Positions 1 through 9,693 of a stretch of 38,499 bases of DNA are shown here, piece after piece (within the stretch, counting starts at the first letter, position 1; each line of letters starts with the position of its first letter). Position numbers and translations under genes: made by a program. Location of the stretch: the sequence record DRR723986_19984. The stretch is one strand, 5' to 3'. The notes beneath the pieces were generated by a model, which saw only the letters and a program-made list of their open reading frames with translations, made no database searches and was not told the origin of the DNA.

Positions 1-2634
1 CTGATCGATCAGTGCATTGATGGAATGCAGAAGTTTTTTGATGTCGTGGAAGTGTAGTCCAGTCGTCGGTTCATCAAAGATAAATAGGATATGATCACCC
101 TGTTTAGTTCCGCCCTTGCCTAGGAAGGAAGCCAGCTTTACCCGCTGAGCTTCACCACCTGAAAGCGTGTTGGAGCTTTGTCCCATACCAATATAGCCAA
201 GCCCGACTTCCTGTAGTGGTTGCAGTTTATTGATAATCTGAGTCTTTCCCTTAAAGAAATCTAAGGCTTCATCGATGGTCATATTCAATACGTCAGAGAT
301 GTCCTTCTCCTTGTACTTTACGTCCAATATCTCGTTCTTAAATCGCTTGCCTTTGCAGGACTCGCAAGTGAGATGTATATCTGCCATAAACTGCATTTCA
401 ACAGTGGTGATTCCTTCTCCGGCGCAATTTTCACAGCGACCACCATCCACGTTGAAAGAGAAAAAAGCAGGTTTATAGCCTCGCTGCTTGGAAATAGGCT
501 GCTCGGAGAAAAGCATACGAATTGCGTCATAGGCTTTCACATAAGTCACAGGATTAGATCGGGACGACTTTCCTATAGGGTTTTGATCCACAAATTCCAC
601 TTGAGAAATGGATTTGTAGTCTCCCTCGATCTTGTCGTACTTTCCACTTTCGTCGATGACAGTTCCCAGCATTTTTCCCAAAGCAGGATAAAGCACTTTT
701 TTGATCAGAGTAGACTTGCCTGAACCGGAAACTCCAGTTACACAGGTGAGCATGTTCAGCGGGAATTTTACAGAAATGTTCTTAAGGTTATTTTCCCTAG
801 CGCCTTTTACTGTAATTGAATCCTTCCACTTGCGATTGCCATCTTTCTGGAAAATCAACTCTTCCCCACGCAAATATTTGGCAGTGTGCGTCTGAGCGGA
901 GGTCATCAGTTCAGCTATTGTCCCTTGGAAAAGCAACTCTCCTCCATGTACACCAGCATCTGGGCCAATATCAATGATCTGATCAGCCGCTTTCATTACC
1001 TTTTCTTCGTGTTCAACTACGATCACGGTGTTGCCCAGATCTCGAAGTGACTTCAACACTTCGACCAAACGATCGGTGTCTCTTGGATGCAAACCGATGC
1101 TTGGTTCATCTAAGATATACATGGAACCTACCAGCGCAGAACCCAAGGAAGTCGCCAATTTGATACGCTGAAATTCCCCGCCAGAAAGAGTAGAGGTCAA
1201 TCGATGTAAGGTCAGGTAGCCTAATCCAACCTGATCCATATACTCCAATCGACTCTGGATTTCTTTCAGCAATCTGTTCGCGATTTTTGCCTGATGGGGT
1301 GGAAGATCAAGGCTATTGAAAAATGGCAATGCTTCGTCAATCGGCATCAGCACGATATCCTGAATGGATTTATCTTCGATTTTTACATAAGAAGCATCTT
1401 TGCGCAAGCGCGTTCCCTTACAGTCAGGGCAAGTCGTACGACCGCGGAAACGTGAAAGCATTACGCGATATTGAATCTTATGAGTTTTGGTTTCCAGGTC
1501 TTTGAAAAATGCGTCCAGACCTTTGAAATACTTGTTCCCCGTCCAAAGCAAGGCTTTTTCCTTGTCATTCAGATCCTCATAAGCTCTATGAATAGGGAAG
1601 TCAAACTCGATTCCTTTTTTCAAAAGCGGTTCCACCCAAGCTCGTGAGGATTCCCCTCGCCAAGGAGCAATTGCGCCTTCGTAAACAGACATACTTTTGT
1701 CTGGAATTACCAAATCAGGATCTATTCCCAGCACATTTCCAAATCCTTCGCAGGTACGGCAGGCACCGAATGGATTGTTGAAAGAGAAGAAGTTGACCGA
1801 AGGGATCTCGAACTGCATGCCGTCGAGTTCAAAGCGATCTGAGAAACTCTTTGTCTCTTGACCAGGAATAGTGATTTTGCAGTCACCATGGCCTTCGAAA
1901 AGCGCAGTTTGCACCGAATCAGCAATACGGAATTGATTATCTTCATCCTCCTTGTGAACAGCCACACGGTCGATTAAGATCTCATAATTCCCCTTTTGAA
2001 TCTTTTTTTCCTGAAGCAAATCTTCGACAAAATAGGCTTCATCGTCAATTAAAATCCGTGTATATCCTTTTTGCAAGAGCAATTCCAACTCTTGGTTGAT
2101 CTTCCTTCCACGCTCAATTTGAAGCGGGCAGGAAATCATGACTTTCGATCCCTCTTCAAAAGATTGAATGTAATCCACGATGTCTGTGACGGTGTGATGC
2201 TTTACTTCTTTCCCAGAAATCGGCGAGATTGTTTTCCCTATTCTGGAGAAAAGTAGCTTGAGGTAATCGTAAATTTCTGTTGTTGTCCCTACGGTGGAGC
2301 GAGGATTTTTTGTATTGACTTTTTGCTGAATAGCGATGGCCGGAGCTACACCCTTGATGTATTCCACATCGGGTTTTTCCATCCTGCCGAGAAACTGGCG
2401 GGCATAAGAACTTAAGCTTTCCACATACATGCGTTGGCCTTCGGCAAACAGCGTATCGAAAGCCAAAGAAGACTTTCCAGAGCCCGAGAGCCCGGTTACA
2501 ACAACAAATTTATTTCTTGGAATTGCGACGCTCAGGCTTTTCAGGTTGTTCACCCGGGCGTTTTTGATGATAATGAATTCCTTGGGATCGAGGGAATCGA
2601 TGGATGTATTGGCTGTTAATGTACTCAAAGTCAT
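1..2634 (-). CDS. uvrA: Excinuclease ABC subunit A, 3' end outside the window
   Basis: Manual translation from ATG at 2634 gives [82 protein letters not shown] second Walker A ([10 protein letters not shown]), [12 protein letters not shown] and [11 protein letters not shown] lie near the left edge in the same frame (878 codons in window). The ORF track omits it because the stop codon is outside the window. Confidence 0.97.
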   Translation of the reverse strand, partial: MTLSTLTANTSIDSLDPKEFIIIKNARVNNLKSLSVAIPRNKFVVVTGLSGSGKSSLAFDTLFAEGQRMYVESLSSYARQFLGRMEKPDVEYIKGVAPAIAIQQKVNTKNPRSTVGTTTEIYDYLKLLFSRIGKTISPISGKEVKHHTVTDIVDYIQSFEEGSKVMISCPLQIERGRKINQELELLLQKGYTRILIDDEAYFVEDLLQEKKIQKGNYEILIDRVAVHKEDEDNQFRIADSVQTALFEGHGDCKITIPGQETKSFSDRFELDGMQFEIPSVNFFSFNNPFGACRTCEGFGNVLGIDPDLVIPDKSMSVYEGAIAPWRGESSRAWVEPLLKKGIEFDFPIHRAYEDLNDKEKALLWTGNKYFKGLDAFFKDLETKTHKIQYRVMLSRFRGRTTCPDCKGTRLRKDASYVKIEDKSIQDIVLMPIDEALPFFNSLDLPPHQAKIANRLLKEIQSRLEYMDQVGLGYLTLHRLTSTLSGGEFQRIKLATSLGSALVGSMYILDEPSIGLHPRDTDRLVEVLKSLRDLGNTVIVVEHEEKVMKAADQIIDIGPDAGVHGGELLFQGTIAELMTSAQTHTAKYLRGEELIFQKDGNRKWKDSITVKGARENNLKNISVKFPLNMLTCVTGVSGSGKSTLIKKVLYPALGKMLGTVIDESGKYDKIEGDYKSISQVEFVDQNPIGKSSRSNPVTYVKAYDAIRMLFSEQPISKQRGYKPAFFSFNVDGGRCENCAGEGITTVEMQFMADIHLTCESCKGKRFKNEILDVKYKEKDISDVLNMTIDEALDFFKGKTQIINKLQPLQEVGLGYIGMGQSSNTLSGGEAQRVKLASFLGKGGTKQGDHILFIFDEPTTGLHFHDIKKLLHSINALIDQ

Positions 2635-2640
2635 AGGGGA

Positions 2641-2648
2641 CAAAGTTA
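2641..2648 (-). promoter_or_regulatory. Bacteroidetes -7 promoter element for uvrA
   Basis: Minus strand reads TAACTTTG, an exact TAnnTTTG match, ending 6 nt before the uvrA ATG. No clear -33 TTTG element. Confidence 0.55.
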
Positions 2649-2912
2649 CGAAAGGAACAGAGGAACTCCTTGGAAAGTTTGAAGCTTGCAGCAAATTGTC
2701 GGATATGGATGGCAATCCTTAATTCGCGATATGTTAAGATATACTAGTTCGTTTAGGCGAATGGCTTGGGGGGAAGTAGACAAATTTGCTGTAGCGTTTG
2801 TAATGAAGGAACCGTCATTTACATGTGAATGATGTTTCAAGGTTCTTTGAATTATCTAGGCGTGTCGCTTTATCCATATTTTGTAGCAGTTTTTTTACAT
2901 TAAAATGAAATT

Positions 2913-3431
2913 ATGAAAATTTTCAGCAAACGTTTTTGGGTTCTAATCCCGGTAGTTTTAGTACTGTTTTCTTGTGAGGAAGCAGAAAAGCCTTGCGGAT
3001 ATACCAACCTTGACGTGGCCTTCCTTTTCAATGTAGTCAATCAAGAGAATGTTGATTTATTGGACCCAAGCGAGCCAAAACACCTTGAAGCGAGCGATTT
3101 GTCAGTTTCTTTTCTCCTCGATGGAGAGAAAGTTGAGGTTTATGACTCTAAGATTAACCACTTGAAAAGCTTTCCTAGGATAGTAGAACCAGAGCCTTTG
3201 GCGGGTGTGTATAAGTACGTACTAAATGTGATTTTAAATTCATCAGAGGATGAAGCTATACCAACCACCTATTTGGAGTGGAAAGATGGATCAATAGATG
3301 AATTGCAAGCTGAATTTAGTTATAGTGGCAATTCTGTAATCGTTAAGAAGCTTTGGCTGAATGGAGATCTAATTTGGGATATGCAAAGGGATGGAGAAAA
3401 GCCTATTTACCCACTTGTTAAGGACTTCTAA
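2913..3431 (+). CDS. Hypothetical lipoprotein
   Basis: 172 aa ORF with a basic N-terminus, hydrophobic stretch and lipobox LFSC followed by acidic residues. No recognised domain. Confidence 0.8.
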   Translation: MKIFSKRFWVLIPVVLVLFSCEEAEKPCGYTNLDVAFLFNVVNQENVDLLDPSEPKHLEASDLSVSFLLDGEKVEVYDSKINHLKSFPRIVEPEPLAGVYKYVLNVILNSSEDEAIPTTYLEWKDGSIDELQAEFSYSGNSVIVKKLWLNGDLIWDMQRDGEKPIYPLVKDF

Positions 3432-3461
3432 GAACAGCGATTATCAAAGTTGCTTTCCATT

Positions 3462-3493
3462 AAAGATGCTTCCCATGGTTGGGAGGCATTTTT
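3462..3493 (+). terminator. Rho-independent terminator after the lipoprotein gene
   Basis: AAAGATGCTTCCCA-TGGT-TGGGAGGCATTTTT stem-loop ending in a T tract. Confidence 0.75.
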
Positions 3494-3597
3494 ATTGGCT
3501 GGATATTTCCGCTTTTGGTTAAGTATTTTCCTGCCAGGCAATTTCCAATCCGCCACTGCAGACAAGTACTTACAATTTTATTCCTTTTCTTCGCATA

Positions 3598-4221
3598 ATG
3601 GAATTCCAATTTTTATACGATGGAATAAGGGAAGGCCTTGCTGCGATGACTTGGCTGGAAGCTATTGCTGTGTTTTTCGGAATTGCTTCTGTGGTTTATT
3701 CGATGCGGGAGCACATTTGGGTATATCCCACGGGCATTATTTCTACGCTCATCTACGTTTGGATTTGTTTGCAATACAAGCTCTACGCCGATATGGGTAT
3801 CAATGCTTATTACTTCAGTATGTCTATTTTCGGCTGGTATGTGTGGACTCATCCGAAGGAGGGAAAAGCGGAGCTGCCTGTGACTTGGCTCAAACCTTCG
3901 GGTTGGGTGGCTTCATTAGGAATATTTGTGTTGTCTTATGTTGTTCTCGTATATGTCTTGGTCAATTTCACCGACAGCGATGTGCCGTATTGGGATTCCT
4001 TCACTACTGCTTCAGCTTTTGTAGGGATGTGGTTGATGGCAAAAAAGAAGGTTGAAAACTGGATTTTCTGGATTTTGACTGATTTGGTGGCTGTTCCGCT
4101 TTATTTTTACAAAGGCCTAATCTTGACCTCATTTCAGTATCTTTTCTTCACAGTATTGGCGATTATGGGCCTAATTGCTTGGATCAAATCAGCGAGAAGA
4201 CATGAGATTTATGCTTTATAA
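3598..4221 (+). CDS. pnuC: PnuC-family nicotinamide riboside transporter
   Basis: 207 aa polytopic membrane protein with GWYVW, DSFTT, WLMAKKKVENWIFW and LYFYKGL motifs, next to a NadR-like kinase. Confidence 0.9.
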   Translation: MEFQFLYDGIREGLAAMTWLEAIAVFFGIASVVYSMREHIWVYPTGIISTLIYVWICLQYKLYADMGINAYYFSMSIFGWYVWTHPKEGKAELPVTWLKPSGWVASLGIFVLSYVVLVYVLVNFTDSDVPYWDSFTTASAFVGMWLMAKKKVENWIFWILTDLVAVPLYFYKGLILTSFQYLFFTVLAIMGLIAWIKSARRHEIYAL

Positions 4222-4235
4222 TTAGATATTACTTC

Positions 4236-4315
4236 GCTCTTTCAGAGCTAAGGGAAACTAAATAATTGCTAATCCAGCCCGTTAGGCTGGGCTTTAGTAT
4301 CTTGGGCTTTCAGCC
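4236..4315. repeat. Degenerate three-hairpin REP-like element
   Basis: GCTCT-TTC-AGAGC (4236-4248), CCAGCC-CGTTA-GGCTGG (4274-4290) and GGCT-TTC-AGCC (4305-4315). Confidence 0.55.
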
Positions 4316-4339
4316 TTATTCATACCACTTAAAATTCTG

Positions 4340-4385
4340 CTTTGCGCCCCTCCGTATTGACCTCTGTGGCCTCTGCGGTAAAAAA
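4340..4385 (+). repeat. Degenerate CTYTGYG-unit intergenic repeat ending in GCGGTAAA
   Basis: CTTTGCG...CTCTGTG-GC-CTCTGCGGTAAAAAA, with related copies at 7642-7660 (reverse), 7831-7849 and 26420-26462. Confidence 0.55.
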
Positions 4386-4393
4386 CCTTATCA

Positions 4394-4906
4394 ATGCCCA
4401 ATCCACAACGAATCTTAATTCTCGGTCCAGAATCAACAGGCAAAAGCACACTGGCAGAAGATCTGGCTAATCACTTTGCAGAGCCTTGGGTGCCAGAATA
4501 TGCACGTGAATACTTAGATCAGTTAGGTAGAGAATATCGGTATGAGGATTTGTTGGAAATAGGGAAAGGGCAGGTTGCCTTGGAAGATGAGATAGCTAAA
4601 GGAGCGGGAAAGTATCTTTTTTGTGATACAGATTTGCGAGTTATCCACATTTGGTCGGAGCATAGATTTGGGAAGACTGATCCTTGGGTATTAGAGCAAA
4701 TAACTGCCAGAAAGTATGCTAAAATCTTACTTACCGATACCGATTTACCCTGGACACCAGACCCTTTGCGGGAATATCCAGAATTGGAGATGCGAAATTA
4801 CTTTCTTGATTTATACACCAAATTGGCGAAGGAAAGCGGTTTTCCTTTTTATCTAATTTCTGGAAATAGGGATGAGCGGCTTACAAAAGCCCTCGAATTG
4901 CTTTAG
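4394..4906 (+). CDS. NadR-type P-loop kinase (AAA_28, ribosylnicotinamide kinase-like), stand-alone domain
   Basis: Walker A GPESTGKST, VPEYAREY, LFCDTD and PWTPDPLR motifs; located downstream of pnuC. Confidence 0.88.
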   Translation: MPNPQRILILGPESTGKSTLAEDLANHFAEPWVPEYAREYLDQLGREYRYEDLLEIGKGQVALEDEIAKGAGKYLFCDTDLRVIHIWSEHRFGKTDPWVLEQITARKYAKILLTDTDLPWTPDPLREYPELEMRNYFLDLYTKLAKESGFPFYLISGNRDERLTKALELL

Positions 4907-4930
4907 TTTCGAATTTGAAAACACATTGCT

Positions 4931-6457
4931 ATGACACGAAATATTCTCTCTCTAATTCTAGTACTCTCATTTTTTTCATGCCAAGAAGCTGAAGAACAGA
5001 AGCCCACTAAGCCCAATATAATTTTTATTTTGGCCGATGATTTAGGTTTTGGTGAGGTAGGTTATCAAGGTCAGAAGAAAATCAAAACGCCGAATATTGA
5101 TGCCTTGTCAGAGACAGGAATGATTTTTACGAATCATTATTCCGGTGCACCAGTTTGCGCTCCTGCGAGATCCGTTTTGCTTACAGGAATGCATATGGGG
5201 CATTCTTATATACGCGGAAATGATGCTATGAAAGAGCGTGGAGATGTATGGGATTATGCCAAAGCTTCTGCAGATCCAAACCTTGAGGGGCAGAGAAATC
5301 TCCCTGCAGAAACAGAGACCATGAGCAAGATGCTTCAAAGAGCTGGTTATAAAACAGGTATTGTAGGTAAGTGGGGTTTGGGTGCGCCATTGACGGAAGG
5401 AATTCCAAATAACTTGGGTTTTGACTATTTCTACGGATACAATTGCCAGCGTCAAGCTCACAATCTCTACCCAACTCACCTTTGGGAAAACAAAGAAAAA
5501 GTGATGTTGGATAATGACTTGGTCGTTCCGGCTACCAAACTGGGGGAAGGTGATGATCCAAATGATCCGGCGAGTTATGCCAAATATGAGCAGAATGATT
5601 ATGCGCCGGATTTGATGCATGAAAAGGCGATGAATTTCATCCAGGAAAATAAGGATGAGCCATTTTTCCTATACTATGCTTCTCCTCTTCCGCATGTTCC
5701 TTTGCAGATTCCGAATGAAGAGCGACAGGAATATATTTCCGAATTTGGATCTGAAGAACCTTATAATGGAAACAAAGGCTATTTTCCTAATCAATATCCA
5801 AATGCTACTTATGCGGCGATGATCACCAAGCTTGATCAGCAAATCGGCGAGATCCGAGCAAAAATTAAGGAATTGGGTTTGGAGGAAAACACCATGATTA
5901 TCGTGACTAGTGACAACGGGCCAACTTATGTAGGTGGAGTGGATTATGATTACTTCGAAAGCTCTGCTCCATTCACGAATGGATTTGGAAGAACAAAAGG
6001 CTTCCTATACGAAGGAGGTATTCGAGTTCCAATGTTGGTAAGCTGGCCAGGAAAGATTGAGAAGAGTACCTCGGATCACATTTCAGTTTTTTACGATATT
6101 TTCCCTACTCTGGCCGAGTTAGTAGGCGCATCTGTTCCTGAAAATTTGGATGGAAAAAGCTTCCTTCCGGAATTGATGGGGAAAGAACAAGATAAGCATG
6201 ACTATCTCTATTGGGAATTTCCCGAAACTGGCGGTCAGCAAGCCGTAAGAATGGGAAACTGGAAAGCCGTACGTCAGAATATAGTTAAGGAAAATAACTT
6301 GGAAATCGAGTTGTATGATCTTTCAAAGGACATTCTGGAGCAGAACAATATTGCTGCTGATCACCCGGATTTGATTAAGAAATTTGAAGAAATCATGGCA
6401 AAAGAGCATGAAACTCCTGTGGTGAGTACTTTTAGAATGCCTGCTTTGGGCGATTGA
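4931..6457 (+). CDS. Formylglycine-dependent (S1) sulfatase, lipoprotein
   Basis: Lipobox FFSC, PNIIFILADDLG, catalytic CAPAR (CxPxR), GKWGLG, SDNG and YEGGIRVP. Confidence 0.95.
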   Translation: MTRNILSLILVLSFFSCQEAEEQKPTKPNIIFILADDLGFGEVGYQGQKKIKTPNIDALSETGMIFTNHYSGAPVCAPARSVLLTGMHMGHSYIRGNDAMKERGDVWDYAKASADPNLEGQRNLPAETETMSKMLQRAGYKTGIVGKWGLGAPLTEGIPNNLGFDYFYGYNCQRQAHNLYPTHLWENKEKVMLDNDLVVPATKLGEGDDPNDPASYAKYEQNDYAPDLMHEKAMNFIQENKDEPFFLYYASPLPHVPLQIPNEERQEYISEFGSEEPYNGNKGYFPNQYPNATYAAMITKLDQQIGEIRAKIKELGLEENTMIIVTSDNGPTYVGGVDYDYFESSAPFTNGFGRTKGFLYEGGIRVPMLVSWPGKIEKSTSDHISVFYDIFPTLAELVGASVPENLDGKSFLPELMGKEQDKHDYLYWEFPETGGQQAVRMGNWKAVRQNIVKENNLEIELYDLSKDILEQNNIAADHPDLIKKFEEIMAKEHETPVVSTFRMPALGD

Positions 6458-6472
6458 TTTTGTAGGAAGCAG

Positions 6473-7558
6473 TTACCATTTCCCCAAAGAAAGCGTAGCT
6501 GCTTCCACTAGTCTCATCATATCTGGGTGAGCATTATTGTTTAGGATGATGATGGTTTTATTTTCTTCCAAATAGCGAACGATGATCGTTGAGTATCCAG
6601 GGTTTCCACCAGTATGCATGACCATTTTCCCAAATGGACTTTGAGGCTTTATCTCCCAGCCAAATCCGTAATAGCTGCGTGTTCCATCGTTTAGCTTGAA
6701 TGCACTATAAGCCTCTTCCATGGTCTTTTTGGAAACTAGCTTTTCGGTATAAAGCGCCTGATCCCATTTCAGCAAATCTTCTGCATTGCTGCTGACTCTT
6801 CCCGGGCCTTTTCTGTTGCCCAGCCAAATTGTGTAATCGGAGGATTGGAATGTATTTGCATTTACATAATTGCCGTTCCCATCTTTGATGTGTCCTGCGG
6901 CAAAATTCTTAACCTTCGCTTTTTCCTCCAAAGATCGGATGTCCGTGTTTTTCATGGCAAGAGGCTTAAAAATCCACTCCCGCATAAGTTCTACGAAATC
7001 CTCTCCAGTTGCTTTTTCCACAATACTAGCAAGAAGAACATAGCCCGTATTACTGTATTCGTATTTGTCGCCAGGTTCAAATGACTTCGCTGGTTTGTAT
7101 TTGCGCAGGTATTCAAGAATCTCAGGGTTTCCGGCTACTTTGCTTTTGTCCCAATGCTGATTCATTACGGCCTGATAATCCGGTAATCCGCTGGTATGTG
7201 TGAGAAGATTACGAATGGTAATTCCCGGGTATGGAGTTTCGATGTACTTCGAAAGCTGATCATCAAAACTCAGAAGTCCATTTTCCTTGCAAATCATAAC
7301 CATCATTGCAGTGAATTGCTTAGATAGGGAAGCTAATTCGAAAATATCGCTTTCGTGTAGGAGTGCACGATTTTCATAGGTTCGCATTCCCATCGCATCT
7401 TCGAGAAGTATTTTGCCATCTTCTGCTACGAGTACTACTCCAGAAAACCCTTCTGTCTGAGCTCTATCAATTGCTTCTTTTAGGATTTTTTGCTGCGCAA
7501 AAACACTAGGTTGTATAAGGATAAAAGCCAGAAGAAAGAGTGTAAGAAATCTATTCAT
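6473..7558 (-). CDS. Secreted serine hydrolase, beta-lactamase/AmpC-like family
   Basis: Signal peptide, SxxK (SLSK), LLTHTSGL, YSN and HTG motifs. Confidence 0.92.
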   Translation of the reverse strand: MNRFLTLFLLAFILIQPSVFAQQKILKEAIDRAQTEGFSGVVLVAEDGKILLEDAMGMRTYENRALLHESDIFELASLSKQFTAMMVMICKENGLLSFDDQLSKYIETPYPGITIRNLLTHTSGLPDYQAVMNQHWDKSKVAGNPEILEYLRKYKPAKSFEPGDKYEYSNTGYVLLASIVEKATGEDFVELMREWIFKPLAMKNTDIRSLEEKAKVKNFAAGHIKDGNGNYVNANTFQSSDYTIWLGNRKGPGRVSSNAEDLLKWDQALYTEKLVSKKTMEEAYSAFKLNDGTRSYYGFGWEIKPQSPFGKMVMHTGGNPGYSTIIVRYLEENKTIIILNNNAHPDMMRLVEAATLSLGKW

Positions 7559-7641
7559 GACAAGGGGATTTATCAGGAATTTACAAAAGGTTTTGCTGTT
7601 GCGCTAATATGGGGTGGAAATGAGGATATTGAAAAATAATA

Positions 7642-7849
7642 TTAACCGCAAAGCCCATAAAGTCCCGCACTGTTGGCAGAGCTTAATTTCGAGAGTGCGG
7701 CATTTATATATGATTGCTTTTGCCGTGAATTCTGTACGGCAGGTTTTTATGATTTTGTTTTAGAGTATTCTTTACTTAAGCAAAGGAATTTGGGCTATAA
7801 CCTAATTCTCTATGTGGGAGAGAGGGTTGCTGGTGCCATCTGCGGTAAA
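7642..7849. repeat. MITE/REPIN-like intergenic segment with imperfect inverted ends
   Basis: TTAACCGCAAAG at 7642 and ATCTGCGGTAAA ending at 7849 face each other. Internal inverted pairs CCGCACT/AGTGCGG (7665-7700) and TGCCGT/ACGGCA (7721-7741). Confidence 0.4.
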
Positions 7850-7850
7850 T

Positions 7851-7884
7851 AAAAACAAAAAAGCCACAGTTTCCCGTGGCTTTT
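7851..7884 (-). terminator. Rho-independent terminator after the M28 peptidase gene
   Basis: AAAAGCCAC-N8-GTGGCTTTT with a long T-rich tract on the minus strand, about 25 nt past the stop codon. Confidence 0.8.
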
Positions 7885-7907
7885 AATATATAGATAAGAG
7901 GTTAATA

Positions 7908-9449
7908 CTATTCTACTCCACCTTTTCTAGTAGGAGATCTTACTGCTGGCCATTCTGCCGGCTCACCACCTCTTCCGAGTGGTACACGTACTTCTCTGGA
8001 TACCATGTCGTCCTCTTCGCTCGCCATATAAACCATGATAGCTGCCATGATCACGTTATTCTGAACGTCATCAAACACAATTTTATCATAAGTATCTAAA
8101 TTGGTGTGCCAAGTATAGTTGAAATAAGACCAGTTCAAAGAGCTCAATGAAAATGCCGGAACACCAGCTGCCACGAAGGAAGCGTAGTCAGATCCGCCAC
8201 CTCCTGGATTGCCAGGAAAAGTAGTTTCAACATCTCTGGTGATCTCGCGAGGTACTTTGGACATCCATCTACCCAAATACTCATAGCTATGAATGAAGCC
8301 TTGTCCAGATACGTTGGCCACACGACCAGTTCCGTTATCCTGGTTGAAAAGCGCCTGGATTTTAGGCATCATCTCAGGGTGGTCTTCTACGAAAGCTCTA
8401 GAACCGTTCAGTCCCTGCTCTTCAGAACCCCAGTGACCTACCAAGATTGTACGCTTAGGGTTAGGATAGACTTCTTTCAATACTCGCATCACTTCCATCA
8501 TCATGATTGTACCAGTTCCGTTATCCGTAGCACCAGTACCGCCATCCCATGAGTCAAAGTGTGCAGAAAGCATCACATATTCGTCAGGCTTCTCAGTTCC
8601 TTTGATTTCAGCAATTGTGTTGAAAGTCGGAACCATGCCGTTTTCTTTAGATTGCGCATTAAGGTTGATCATTGGTTTTTCGCCACCTTCAGCCAATCTG
8701 AAAAGCAAGCCATAATCCTCCAAAGAAAGATCAACAGTTGGTACTTTTTTAGTTGATGCAGAGAAGATTTTGTTTGCTCCGAAACCTTGGGACCAGTAAG
8801 AAGTAATGATACCTAGTGCTCCTGCATCTTCAAGTGCGATAGGTAGCTCTCTTCTGCCTTGACCTGTTTTTTGAAGTCTCTGGTTCCAAGCTGTATTAGA
8901 TTCAGTACGTTCTTCTTTCATTTTCTCGAAAGATTCTTCAGTAGCGAATTCCTCCCAGTTGTAATCAGGACGGCCTGTCACCTGCGGAGCGGAGATCATT
9001 ACATATTTGCCTTTTACAGAAGGAAGCCATGCTTTGAAAGCCGCTTCATCTGCTAGTTCAGGGATTACCACTACTTCACCTTGAGCCCCACCTTTTGGAG
9101 AAGATGGACTCCAAGCCAATTGCTGGCCTGCCAAGGATTTTGTCCAAGGAGCCACCATATCGATGTGGGTAATTCCTCTTTCCCAGCCTCTCCATTCGCC
9201 CCACTGCTCATTGCGAGCTTCTATGCCCCAGCCTTTGTATTTTGCTACTGCCCAATCGTGCGCTTTTTGCATTTGAGGGGAACCTACCAATCTTGGGCCG
9301 ATACCGTCCATCAATTCGTGTCCGATCTGCTTGAGTTGGGAGTTTTCAGTTTCCTCTTTGATGATCTTTTCGATCACTTCATCTTGTGCTTGGACATTGC
9401 TGCCGAGAAGCAGCATCAGGCCCACGCCTAATAAGTATCTCTTTTTCAT
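7908..9449 (-). CDS. M28 family metallopeptidase (carboxypeptidase Q-like), secreted
   Basis: Signal peptide and metal-binding motifs SAHFDSWD, DNGTG, GSEEQGL and WHT. Confidence 0.92.
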   Translation of the reverse strand: MKKRYLLGVGLMLLLGSNVQAQDEVIEKIIKEETENSQLKQIGHELMDGIGPRLVGSPQMQKAHDWAVAKYKGWGIEARNEQWGEWRGWERGITHIDMVAPWTKSLAGQQLAWSPSSPKGGAQGEVVVIPELADEAAFKAWLPSVKGKYVMISAPQVTGRPDYNWEEFATEESFEKMKEERTESNTAWNQRLQKTGQGRRELPIALEDAGALGIITSYWSQGFGANKIFSASTKKVPTVDLSLEDYGLLFRLAEGGEKPMINLNAQSKENGMVPTFNTIAEIKGTEKPDEYVMLSAHFDSWDGGTGATDNGTGTIMMMEVMRVLKEVYPNPKRTILVGHWGSEEQGLNGSRAFVEDHPEMMPKIQALFNQDNGTGRVANVSGQGFIHSYEYLGRWMSKVPREITRDVETTFPGNPGGGGSDYASFVAAGVPAFSLSSLNWSYFNYTWHTNLDTYDKIVFDDVQNNVIMAAIMVYMASEEDDMVSREVRVPLGRGGEPAEWPAVRSPTRKGGVE

Positions 9450-9693
9450 ATGTTTATATTTGGTTTTCTTTGGTCGAATAGAATTTTATATGATCTAAAC
9501 ATCCCAATCTGAGTAGGATTGAACATGCTCAATTCCATATATGAGTATTTTATTTTTAAAATTATCGCTTAGTAACGTGATTTCCGCACCGTTGGTGGAT
9601 TTGTGGGCGTACAGAGATGTGCTTGTCCTAATGATTGAGCCCTTAGCTTCTGACTGTTTTTCTGTATAAAGGGGGAAATGTTTGGGATGACCC

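Noticed and set aside
2707-2718. GGATGGCAATCC palindrome as an SOS box upstream of uvrA
   Set aside because: Spacing is GGA-N6-TCC, whereas the Bacteroidetes LexA motif as I recall it is GGA-N5-TCC, and the match is short enough to be chance.
275-2722. Short ORFs listed over the uvrA region
   Set aside because: They are antisense or off-frame shadows of uvrA.
3432-3597. Riboswitch upstream of pnuC
   Set aside because: No TPP, FMN or other aptamer core is visible; the clear hairpin is explained as the upstream gene's terminator.
3450-4055. 201 aa ORF overlapping pnuC
   Set aside because: Alternate frame of pnuC, TTG start upstream of a terminator, and no recognisable motifs.
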